Assembly: GCA_963725145.1 (NCBI GenBank) | Contig: CAVRXL010000003.1 | Location: 142,369 to 206,368 of the forward strand | Direction of reading: 5' to 3' | DNA length: 64,000 nucleotides | DNA from: an uncultured Acidobacteriota bacterium | GTDB lineage: Bacteria; Acidobacteriota; Vicinamibacteria; Vicinamibacterales; 2-12-FULL-66-21 | In this document: one piece after another, positions 26,103 through 34,563 of the stretch | How the letters are laid out: each line of letters starts with the position of its first letter | Position numbering within the stretch: position 1 is the stretch's first letter | Notes under the pieces: model-generated | Seen by the model: only the letters and a program-made list of their open reading frames with translations | The model's database searches: none | What the model was told of the DNA's origin: nothing | Translations under genes and position numbers: made by a program

Positions 26103-29067
26103 GTTCCCCCGCCGAAGTCGTGATCGGACGGGCCGCAACAGCCGCATGCGAGCGACGCGGCTCCGCGCCACCTTCCACCCGCCCGCCATCAACCGTCACC
26201 GCGGCCGCATAGCCGTAGCGGACTTCCCCTTTGCGCCCGATCTTCTGGAAGCGGTGACCTCGCTTCTGCAGATCGTCGAGCACGCTGCGCGGAAAGCGAT
26301 CCTCGATCTGGATCCGCGCGGCTGTACCTTCGGGGTCCGCGGGATCGCGGCCGATCAAGAACCGCGGCGCCTCGACGGCGCGCTGCGCCGCCAGCTTCGA
26401 ATCGAGGACGTTGGCGATGATCGCGTACACCGACGGCGTGATCCAGGCGTTACCCGCGGCGGCGACCGCGAGGCGGGATTCCAGTTGACGAGCCTGAAGG
26501 CTCGTACCACTCCCCTCGCGGAACACCAGCGTCGGGACGCTCGTGGAGGACGAGCGCGTGAGCGGCAGGAGCTGACCGTACGCGCCGGGCGACGTGCGGT
26601 TCGAGCGAAGATGATTGTTGTACAGAAACCCGAGTCCTCGAGACACGTAGAAGTTGCCGCCCCAGGTCGACAGCGTTTGCGTAACGGCAATCATGTTTCC
26701 GTCGCCGTCCGCGACGGCGAAGGCCGTCGTGCCGCGACCTATCCGCTCGCCTCGTCCGAAGTCATCCTCTTGATCCTGCCTGAAGCGGGACGCGCGCGCC
26801 GGGTCGATCCGCGCGAACAGTTCCGCCGCGTGGGCGGGGTCGAGGTGGGTCCCGAGCTCGACGGGCCAGTGCGCGGGATCCGCGATCCGGCGGATGCTGT
26901 CGCGCGCCTTCCACGCTTCGATCACGTAGTGCAGGTAGTCGGCGTCCGCCGCGTACCGCGCGTCGTCTCGGGGCTTGTACCGATCGAGGATCTGCAATGT
27001 CTCGATGAGCGAGGCGCCGGACGAGACCGGCGGCGGCGCGGAGTACACGACGTGACCGCGGTACCGGCCCGACAGCGGCGCGCGCTCGATCGCGCGGTAC
27101 TGCGCGAGGTCCTCATAGGTCAGGATCCCGCCATTACCCGCCATGTCGGCCGCGATCTGCTTCGCGATCGCGCCGCGATAGAACGTCGAGCTGTCGGCCG
27201 CGATCGCACGCAGCGTCGCGGCGTAGTCGCGGTTGACGAACCGCTCGCCCGCACGCGGCACCTTGCCGCCAGGCAGATAAATCCGCGCCGCCTCGGGATA
27301 CTTCTCCAGAAAGCCGCGGCCTTCCGCGACGCTCGTCGGGAGCGCGGCATCCAGGTCGAACCCTTCCTCCGCGTGGCGGATCGCCGGCGCGACGAGGTCG
27401 GCCCACTTCACGCGCCCGCTCGCGAACCGCCGGAACAGCAGGTCCATGCCGGCGACGACCCCGGGAATGTTCACCGCCGCCGGACCATCGGCGACCAGCC
27501 GCCCGTCCCGGAAGATGCGCGCGTTGTCGGTCGTCGCCCGCGCGGGCGTCTGATCCTTGTAATCGACGACCACGGGCTCCGACATGCCCATGCCTTTCAG
27601 AAACAGAACCGCCATCCCGTCGCCGCCGATTCCGGACGCATCGGGTTCCACGACGCCGAGCGCGAACGAGACCGCGATGGCAGCGTCGACAACGTTTCCA
27701 CCCCGTTCGAGCGCGAGCGCCCCCGCCTCCGACGCCAGCGGGTGGCCGGAGACCACCACCGCCCGTGATGAAACGACCGACGGCTTGATGAGCGGCTGCT
27801 CGGCGATCAGACGATCGATGGCGGCTTCGAGATCCTGCTCGCTGCGCGCCGAGACGGCCTCTTTCCTGTACCGCTCGCCGAGCGCCCGCCACTCGTCGGC
27901 CGGCGCGCCGGTCCGGTAGTACAGATCGCGGAGCGTCTGCCAGACCCGGTCGAACGCCGCGGTCCAGCTGCCCGCCGCCGGCGCGGGCAGCGAGACCGTT
28001 CGGGCGCGCGCGTCAATGTCGCGAATGTCGAGCGGCGCCGCAACCGACCAGAGGTCGAACGCTTCCGCCGCGAAAAGCGGCGGCGGCTCGACGGCGCTTC
28101 GGAGCGGGTTGCCGTTGTAGATCGGTTCGGGATCGGGGACCGCGGCGATCAGAATGGTCCGGCCGTCCGGCGACCAGGCGGGAGTACCGCCGTGACGCGA
28201 CGCGAGGACGGCGCCCGGTGCGGGACGCGTGTGAATGGCGTCACCCCCCTCGCCTCGAGTGTCGACCGCCGACACCCAGACCGAGCCGAGCCCTTCCCTG
28301 ACGGCGTAGTAGGCGACTCGTGTGCCGTCCGGCGACCACCCCGGCCAGTACTCGTCTCCCCGAACGCGCGTGATCCGGAGAGGGTCGCGCCGCTTCGTCG
28401 TTTTACCGGGCGCCAGTTCGAGGACCCACACGTCCAGCTCGCCGTCATCGCTGTCGCGATTGCTGACGAAGGCCAGGCGCGCGCCGTCTGGCGAGACACG
28501 CCCCTGGAACTCGTCATCTTCAGGAGTGGAAAACCCGTCGAGGGGCCCAGGGCCGATTTCGGAGGGGCCGGTCTTTAGACCGGCCCGATCGGAGACGGCG
28601 TAGAGATCCCAATTTCCGTCGTGGCGATGTGAGAAGACGATCCGGCCATCTCGCGTCCACGATGGCCACCGCTCGTCGCCGGGCAGCGACGTCAGGCGAG
28701 TCGGGGTTCCGCCGTTGACCGGCGCCGAGTAGATGTCGAAGGTGCCCTCGCGATCCGACGCGTACGCGATGCGGCTCCCGTCGGGCGACCACGCAGGGTC
28801 GCGCTCGGCGAATCCGCTCGCGTTGTGAGTGGAGCTCTTCGTCCCTCGACTGGGCTCGGGACGACCCTGAGCTAGTCGAAGGGTCGAAGAATCGAGGGGT
28901 CTGGCGTCGCGGCCGTCGGGCGCGAGCGTCCAGATGCGATCCAGCCATGAGACGGCGACGCGTTTCCCATCGGGGGACCAGGCCGGCTCGCGCGCGCCCG
29001 CGCCGCCGCGCGCCGCACCCTGCGTGAGGAGCACTGCCGCCGTGACCGAAAGGAAGAGGCGGCGCAC
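26098..29067 (-). CDS. ggt: Fusion of a TolB-like PD40 beta-propeller with gamma-glutamyltransferase
   Basis: Signal peptide. Repeated PAWSPDG.../WSPDGTR... PD40 motifs fill the first ~330 aa. The GGT domain follows, with SGHPLASEAG and the autoprocessing site GTTAFAVAD. Confidence 0.85.
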   Translation of the reverse strand: MRRLFLSVTAAVLLTQGAARGGAGAREPAWSPDGKRVAVSWLDRIWTLAPDGRDARPLDSSTLRLAQGRPEPSRGTKSSTHNASGFAERDPAWSPDGSRIAYASDREGTFDIYSAPVNGGTPTRLTSLPGDERWPSWTRDGRIVFSHRHDGNWDLYAVSDRAGLKTGPSEIGPGPLDGFSTPEDDEFQGRVSPDGARLAFVSNRDSDDGELDVWVLELAPGKTTKRRDPLRITRVRGDEYWPGWSPDGTRVAYYAVREGLGSVWVSAVDTRGEGGDAIHTRPAPGAVLASRHGGTPAWSPDGRTILIAAVPDPEPIYNGNPLRSAVEPPPLFAAEAFDLWSVAAPLDIRDIDARARTVSLPAPAAGSWTAAFDRVWQTLRDLYYRTGAPADEWRALGERYRKEAVSARSEQDLEAAIDRLIAEQPLIKPSVVSSRAVVVSGHPLASEAGALALERGGNVVDAAIAVSFALGVVEPDASGIGGDGMAVLFLKGMGMSEPVVVDYKDQTPARATTDNARIFRDGRLVADGPAAVNIPGVVAGMDLLFRRFASGRVKWADLVAPAIRHAEEGFDLDAALPTSVAEGRGFLEKYPEAARIYLPGGKVPRAGERFVNRDYAATLRAIAADSSTFYRGAIAKQIAADMAGNGGILTYEDLAQYRAIERAPLSGRYRGHVVYSAPPPVSSGASLIETLQILDRYKPRDDARYAADADYLHYVIEAWKARDSIRRIADPAHWPVELGTHLDPAHAAELFARIDPARASRFRQDQEDDFGRGERIGRGTTAFAVADGDGNMIAVTQTLSTWGGNFYVSRGLGFLYNNHLRSNRTSPGAYGQLLPLTRSSSTSVPTLVFREGSGTSLQARQLESRLAVAAAGNAWITPSVYAIIANVLDSKLAAQRAVEAPRFLIGRDPADPEGTAARIQIEDRFPRSVLDDLQKRGHRFQKIGRKGEVRYGYAAAVTVDGGRVEGGAEPRRSHAAVAARPITTSAGER
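28565..28586. repeat. 22-nt palindromic element GGGCCGGTCT-TT-AGACCGGCCC inside a CDS
   Basis: Exact reverse complement of the 22-mer at 62659-62680. It is read through as ...RAGLKTGPS... in the GGT-fusion ORF. Confidence 0.9.
28826..28900. repeat. REP-like element with hairpin and TCGA-spaced repeats inside a CDS
   Basis: The CGTCCC...GGGACG stem is followed by tcgaagggtcgaagaatcgagg. It is translated as the low-complexity SSTLRLAQGRPEPSRGTKSS between two PD40 blades. Confidence 0.6.
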
Positions 29068-29076
29068 GGTGGTGGA

Positions 29077-30975
29077 TCAGGATCGAGTGGCTGCCGTCGC
29101 CGTCACCCGCCGGACGGCCGCGACGATCCCGCGGGCCGAGATACCGAACCGATCGACGAGCTCCTCCGGCTTGCCGCTTCGTGGGATCTCCAGGACGGCG
29201 AGCCGGTGGACGTTGATGCCGTCGGGAGCGACCGCCTCGCTCACGGCGTCGCCGAGACCGCCGTGGATGTAGTGGTCCTCGACCGTGACGACCGTGCGGT
29301 TCGTCTCGCGCGCGGACGCGAGAAGCGTCGACGCATCGATCGGCTGAACCGAGTAGGCGTCGATGACGCGGATCGAGACGCCCTCGCGCTTGAGCTCGTC
29401 GTGGGCTTTCAGCGCCTCGAAGACGGTGATGCCGGCCGCGACGACGGTCGCCACGTCCTCCTTGCTCGAACGAAGCGTCTTCGAGCCGCCGACGTGAAAG
29501 CGCTCCGACGCGTCGTAGATCACCGGAGTCTTCGGACGCGACGTCCTGATGTAGACCGGCCCCGGGTGATACGCGGCGAGCGCCACCAGCCGCTCGGCGC
29601 TCGTGCCGTCGCACGGATACAGCACCGTGCAGTTCGGCACGGCGCGCATCATCGCCAGGTCCTCGAGCGCCATCTGCGACGGACCGTCCTCGCCGATCGA
29701 CACGCCGGCGTGCGAGCCGGCGAGCTTCACGTTCAGGTTCGAGATGCCCAGCATGCGGATGAAATCGGCTGCGCGCGACAGGAAGCAGGCGAAGGTCGAC
29801 GGAAACGGAATCGCGCCGCGCGCGGCGAGGCCCATCGCCGCCCCCACCATGACCTGCTCGGCGATGAACGTCTGATAGAAGCGTTCCGGGTGCGCCTTCT
29901 CGAACCGCTCGCTGAAGGTCGAGTTCTTGACGTCGGCGTCGAGCGCAACGACGCGCGGGTCCGCGCCGAGGGCGGCGAGCGCGGTGCCGTACGCTTCGCG
30001 CGTCGCGACGCTGTCGCCGCGCGTGTAGGCCGGCGGCGGGAGCGACGACGCATCGAAGCGCGGGGCCGGCCGGTCGCTCGCGGCCGGTTTCGGGATGGCG
30101 GGAGCCCGCACACCGGGCACGATCTGACGTTCGAGCTCGGCCACGGCGCGATCCAGTTCTTCGCCTTTCTTGAGCGTCTTGCCGTGCCAGCCGTCCTTGT
30201 CCTCTATGAAAGAGACGCCCTTTCCTTTCAGCGTCTTCGCCACGATCATCGTCGGGCGGTCCTTCGTGCGGCGGGCTTCGGCGTACGCGCGCAACAGCGC
30301 CTCGAGATCGTGACCGTCCAGGACGATCGCGTGCCAGCCGAAGGCGCGCCAGCGCGCCGCGAAGGCCTCGACGCCGTGGCCGATCTGCGTCTCGCGGCTC
30401 TGGCCGAGCCGGTTCACATCGGTAATCCCGCAGAGGTTGTCGAGCCGGTAGTTGCTGGCGACTTCCGCCGCTTCCCAGACCGAGCCTTCGGCGCTCTCGC
30501 CGTCGCCGATGAGGACATAGGTCCGGTAGTCGGAGCCGATTCGCCGCGCGTTCAGCGCGCAGCCGACCGCGGCGCAGATGCCCTGGCCGAGCGAGCCGGT
30601 CGCGACGTCGACGAACGGGAGGCGCGGCGTCGGATGCCCTTCGAGATCCGAGTCGATCGCGCGCAGCTTCATCAGCTCGGCGCGGTCGAAGGCGCCCGCC
30701 TCGGCCCACGCGGCATACAACACCGGCGCGGCGTGCCCTTTCGACAGCACGAAACGATCGGCGTCAGGGTTCTGCGGGTTGCGCGGGTCGAAGCGCATCT
30801 CCGCGAAAAACAGCGTGGCCATGATGTCGGCGGCCGACAGGCAGCTCGTCGGGTGGCCGCTGCCCGCTTCCGTTGTCGATCGAACCGAATCGAGACGGAG
30901 CGCGGTGGCGACGTTCCGGAGCGCGTCGAGCGAAGGCGCGGTGGTGGTCATCGGATCTCGGAGGGCGGGCTTCAT
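29077..30975 (-). CDS. tkt: Transketolase
   Basis: 632 aa. Motifs GSGHPTSCLSAADI, SKGHAAP and the GDGE thiamine-diphosphate motif. The C-terminal pyrimidine-binding and transketolase-C regions are present. Confidence 0.9.
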   Translation of the reverse strand: MKPALRDPMTTTAPSLDALRNVATALRLDSVRSTTEAGSGHPTSCLSAADIMATLFFAEMRFDPRNPQNPDADRFVLSKGHAAPVLYAAWAEAGAFDRAELMKLRAIDSDLEGHPTPRLPFVDVATGSLGQGICAAVGCALNARRIGSDYRTYVLIGDGESAEGSVWEAAEVASNYRLDNLCGITDVNRLGQSRETQIGHGVEAFAARWRAFGWHAIVLDGHDLEALLRAYAEARRTKDRPTMIVAKTLKGKGVSFIEDKDGWHGKTLKKGEELDRAVAELERQIVPGVRAPAIPKPAASDRPAPRFDASSLPPPAYTRGDSVATREAYGTALAALGADPRVVALDADVKNSTFSERFEKAHPERFYQTFIAEQVMVGAAMGLAARGAIPFPSTFACFLSRAADFIRMLGISNLNVKLAGSHAGVSIGEDGPSQMALEDLAMMRAVPNCTVLYPCDGTSAERLVALAAYHPGPVYIRTSRPKTPVIYDASERFHVGGSKTLRSSKEDVATVVAAGITVFEALKAHDELKREGVSIRVIDAYSVQPIDASTLLASARETNRTVVTVEDHYIHGGLGDAVSEAVAPDGINVHRLAVLEIPRSGKPEELVDRFGISARGIVAAVRRVTATAATRS

Positions 30976-30996
30976 GCCCGCGGATAAGGGTCTATC

Positions 30997-32325
30997 TTAT
31001 TCCGATCCGGCGTCGAGCAAGGCGAGCGCGAGCGCGGCTGCGTCGATTCGATGCAGCCGCGATGCCGGCGCGAGCGCCTGGAGCGTCGCTCCCGCTCGCT
31101 CGGCGAACATCGGCTCGCCGCAGACGTCGGCGCCGCGGCGAAGCGTGCGCGCCGCCCGGCAGTTGAGCACGAAGGGCTTCAACGGATGGGCCGGTTCGAC
31201 GCGATCGAAGAACCCGCCCCCTTTCACGTCCCAGAGCTCGCGCAGACAGTAGTGCAGGAGCTCAGCCGCGAGCATCTGATATGGCTCGAGGGCCGTCGCC
31301 TCGTGCGCGTCCATCAGCGCCTCCGCGAGCCAGACCTGATCGACAAGCAGGCCGCGCAGGCCCGGATCGTCGCCGACGTGACCCACGCCGTCGCCGGGTC
31401 GATAGGTCGCGAGCACGACACGCTCGAGCGAAGGGATGGCCAGCTCGGTCAAGGCGGGGTCGTCCAGCGCTGCTCCCGCCCGGACCATCGCGGACACCAT
31501 CCTCGCGTTCGCATCGACGTACAGCGTCGCGTCGACTTCGGTCGGATCGGCGATGACGCTGGCGGCAAACCCGCCGGCCGGATCCGACAGGGACGTGCTC
31601 ACGAAGCCGCCGATCCGACGCGCGACCTCGAGATACCTGGGCTCGTCGAGCAGGAGGCCGGCGTGCGTGAACAGATCGAGGAGGTCGGCGTTGGCGGCGA
31701 GGAGCTTCTCCCGCGCCTGCACCGGCACGAATCCGCGCACCGGCTCGCCCCGGACGCCGCCATCGTCCGGATCGATGACGTCCGCCGCGAGCCGGTCGAG
31801 CGCGGCGCGCGCCGCATCCTTGTCGTTCGCTAACAGGACGCGAATCTCGTCCGAGGCCAGAGATTCTCCGGGTTCTTCAGGTTCTTGGGGTTCTTGGGGT
31901 TCTTGAGGTTCTTGCGGTTCTTCGGGTTCTCGAGCGTGGTTCGCGGCTCGTTCGCATTCTGCGCGCCGTGCGCCCCAGGCGTCAGCGACGCGGCGCAGCA
32001 AATCCATGAGTCGCGGCGGCGCCGTCGAGGCGCCGCCGCCGAACAAGGCGCCTGCCGGCGTCAGGCACGCGACGCTGGGCCACTCGCCGAAACCGTAGCG
32101 GTCCGCGAGATCCGGACGGCGCTCGGCGTCAACCCGCGCGGCCAGGAACCCGGCGCGCACGAGCGAGGGGACGACGGCATCGTCGTTCAGCGCGCCTCGA
32201 AACGCCAGCGAAGGACGCGACCATCGCGTGTCGAGAAGGAGCAGGATCGGCCGATCCTCCTCGCGTGCGCGGGCGCACGCGTCGCCCCATTCGAGCCAGA
32301 CGATCGACGTCGCGGACTGCGTCAT
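30997..32325 (-). CDS. DUF255/YyaL-like thioredoxin-fold plus alpha-toroid protein (CxxC lost)
   Basis: The N-terminus (WLEWGDACARAREEDRPILLLLDTRWSRP...VDAERRPDLADRY) follows the DUF255 pattern but lacks the cysteines. An internal (EPQ)n insert is present. Confidence 0.6.
   Translation of the reverse strand: MTQSATSIVWLEWGDACARAREEDRPILLLLDTRWSRPSLAFRGALNDDAVVPSLVRAGFLAARVDAERRPDLADRYGFGEWPSVACLTPAGALFGGGASTAPPRLMDLLRRVADAWGARRAECERAANHAREPEEPQEPQEPQEPQEPEEPGESLASDEIRVLLANDKDAARAALDRLAADVIDPDDGGVRGEPVRGFVPVQAREKLLAANADLLDLFTHAGLLLDEPRYLEVARRIGGFVSTSLSDPAGGFAASVIADPTEVDATLYVDANARMVSAMVRAGAALDDPALTELAIPSLERVVLATYRPGDGVGHVGDDPGLRGLLVDQVWLAEALMDAHEATALEPYQMLAAELLHYCLRELWDVKGGGFFDRVEPAHPLKPFVLNCRAARTLRRGADVCGEPMFAERAGATLQALAPASRLHRIDAAALALALLDAGSE
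31871..31933. repeat. Tandem nonamer GGTTCTTNN x7, encoding EPEEPQEPQEPQEPQEPEEP on the minus strand
   Basis: Read directly. The array is in-frame by construction because the unit is 9 nt. Confidence 0.9.
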
Positions 32326-32331
32326 CTCACC

Positions 32332-32375
32332 CTCTGCGTCCTTTGCCTCCTCTGCGTCCTCTGCGTCATCGCGTC
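32332..32375. repeat. Tandem nonamer CTCTGCGTC (about 4.5 units)
   Basis: ctctgcgtc ctttgcctc ctctgcgtc ctctgcgtc atcgcgtc. The same CTCTGCG motif recurs in tandem at 63906-63920. Confidence 0.85.
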
Positions 32376-32376
32376 A

Positions 32377-32384
32377 ATTATAAT
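32377..32384. promoter_or_regulatory. Palindromic ATTATAAT box 9 nt upstream of the IDH ATG (candidate bidirectional -10)
   Basis: Perfect palindrome containing TATAAT on both strands, within a 68-bp divergent intergenic region. Confidence 0.45.
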
Positions 32385-32393
32385 GAGGGATTC

Positions 32394-33413
32394 ATGCCTC
32401 ATCGCATCACGCTCATTCCCGGAGACGGCATCGGCCCGGAAGTCACCGAGGCCGTCGTGCGGATCCTGAAGACCGCCGGTGTGGACATCGAATGGGAGCG
32501 CCACGACGCCGGCGTGACGGCGTTCAAGCGGTTCGGCGCATCGCTCCCCGCCGAGCTGCTCGACTCGATCATTCGGAACAAGACGGCGCTGAAGGGGCCG
32601 GTCACCACGCCCATCGGTGAGGGCTTCACCAGCGTGAACGTCGGGCTGCGGAAAGCGCTCGACCTCTACGCCAACCTCAGGCCGGTGTCCAACCTCGCCG
32701 GCGTCACGAGCCGCTTCACCGGCGTCGATCTCGTGATCGTCCGCGAGAACACCGAGGATCTGTACTCCGGGCTCGAGCACGAGGTCGTGCCCGGCGTCGT
32801 CGAGAGCCTGAAGATCATCACCGCGCGCGCCTCGACGCGCATCGCGCGGTTCGCGTTCGAGCACGCACGCCGCCACGGGCGCAAACGGGTGACGGCGATC
32901 CACAAGGCCAACATCCTGAAGATGGGAGACGGGCTCTTTCTCGAGTCCGTCCGGACGGTCGCGCGTGAGTACGGCGACATCACGTACGACGAGCGGATCG
33001 TCGACGCGACCTGCATGCATCTCGTCATGCGCCCCGAGCAGTTCGACGTGATGCTGTTGCCCAACCTGTACGGCGACATCGTCTCGGATCTCTGCGCCGG
33101 CCTGGTCGGCGGCCTGGGCATCGTGCCGGGGGCGAACCACGGGACGGACACGGCGGTCTTCGAGGCGGTGCACGGAAGCGCGCCGGACATCGCGGGGAAG
33201 AACCTGGCGAATCCGACCGCGCTGCTGCTGTCGGCGGTGATGATGCTGCGGCATCTCGGTGAGGGACCGGCGGCCGACCGGATTTTCGGCGCCCTCGGCG
33301 ATGTGCTGGTCGCGGGACGCGTGCGCACACGCGATCTGGGAGGGACGGCGACGACCACCGAATTTACGCAGGAAATCTGCCGTGCGCTCGACCACGCGGG
33401 CGCCCGGGTCTGA
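32394..33413 (+). CDS. Isocitrate/isopropylmalate dehydrogenase family, NAD-dependent IDH-like
   Basis: 339 aa. Motifs ITLIPGDGIGPEV, HKANILKMGDGLF and NLYGDIVSDLCAGLVGGLG. Confidence 0.85.
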   Translation: MPHRITLIPGDGIGPEVTEAVVRILKTAGVDIEWERHDAGVTAFKRFGASLPAELLDSIIRNKTALKGPVTTPIGEGFTSVNVGLRKALDLYANLRPVSNLAGVTSRFTGVDLVIVRENTEDLYSGLEHEVVPGVVESLKIITARASTRIARFAFEHARRHGRKRVTAIHKANILKMGDGLFLESVRTVAREYGDITYDERIVDATCMHLVMRPEQFDVMLLPNLYGDIVSDLCAGLVGGLGIVPGANHGTDTAVFEAVHGSAPDIAGKNLANPTALLLSAVMMLRHLGEGPAADRIFGALGDVLVAGRVRTRDLGGTATTTEFTQEICRALDHAGARV

Positions 33414-33429
33414 TATAGTTCCGACGCCG

Positions 33430-34563
33430 ATGCTGGACGACATCTCCCGCGCCGTTCTGGCGCGCGAGGAAGTCGCGCGCTACCTGCGCGGCGCGCGCGG
33501 CCGCGGCGAGGATGCCGCGCTCGAGCGCGTCGAAAGCTACCTCGAAGAGATGCGGACGACGCAGCGGTATGCCTTCTACCGCGCGCTGAAGCATCCGCTG
33601 TACCCGATCCTGCGCAAGATCCAGCGCCTCGACGAGCACGTCGAGTTCGCGCAGGCGGCGTCGCGCAACGGCCGCGTCCTCTACGTCTCGAATCACAAGA
33701 GTCACACCGACTACCTCGTCGAGCCGCTCGTGCTCGACGACCACGACATCCGCCCGCCGGTCATCGCGGCGGGCATCAATCTGTTCGGCGGCCCGCTGGC
33801 CCTGTTGCACAAGCACGTGACGGGCGCCATCCCGATCCGCCGCAACACGAAGGACCCGGCGTACCTGATCACCCTCAAAGCCTACGTCGCCGAGGTGCTG
33901 TACCGGCACGACGTGCTCTTCTATCTGGAGGGAGGCCGCAGCTACAGCGGCGAGCTCAAGGCGCCGAAGACCGGTCTGCTGCACGCCGCGCTGCAGGCCG
34001 GCCGCGACGACCTCTGCGCCGTTCCTGTCGCGGTCTCCTACGATCTGGTGCTCGAGGATCACATCCTGGCGCGACAGGCACAGAAGCGGCGCCCGCGGCC
34101 GTTCACCCGGGAGCTCGCCGAAATGGTCCGCTTCGCCGTGGGCTACCAGTCGCGCGCGTTCGTGACCTTCGGCGCGCCGGTGCCGCTGAAGGGATGCGAT
34201 CCGGAGTCGCGCCGCGAGGTCCTGAACCTCGCGCGCGATCTGCGGGAGAGGATCGGACGGATCTACAAGGTCCTGCCGACGGCGCTCGTGGCGGCCGCGA
34301 TGCGGCCATCGACCGTGCGGCGCGATCTCGAAGACCGCGTCGAGATCCTCATCGCCGAGCTCCGCGCCGCGCAGGCGAATCTCGCCGTGACGACGGCGGC
34401 GCAGGCGGTGGACGAAGGGCTGGAGCTGCTCGGAGCGCGCGGCGTGCTGGTTCCCGAGCGCGGCGGGCGGATTCGAGTGCGCGAACGCGGCGTGCTGCGC
34501 TACTACGCGAAAACCATCCAGCATCTGTCCCAGGGTCCCAGGAGGCCCTCCCGAACCCATTGA
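33430..34563 (+). CDS. PlsB-like glycerol-3-phosphate acyltransferase family protein
   Basis: HX4D motif NHKSHTDY. FYLEGGRSYSGE matches PlsB block III. Confidence 0.75.
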   Translation: MLDDISRAVLAREEVARYLRGARGRGEDAALERVESYLEEMRTTQRYAFYRALKHPLYPILRKIQRLDEHVEFAQAASRNGRVLYVSNHKSHTDYLVEPLVLDDHDIRPPVIAAGINLFGGPLALLHKHVTGAIPIRRNTKDPAYLITLKAYVAEVLYRHDVLFYLEGGRSYSGELKAPKTGLLHAALQAGRDDLCAVPVAVSYDLVLEDHILARQAQKRRPRPFTRELAEMVRFAVGYQSRAFVTFGAPVPLKGCDPESRREVLNLARDLRERIGRIYKVLPTALVAAAMRPSTVRRDLEDRVEILIAELRAAQANLAVTTAAQAVDEGLELLGARGVLVPERGGRIRVRERGVLRYYAKTIQHLSQGPRRPSRTH

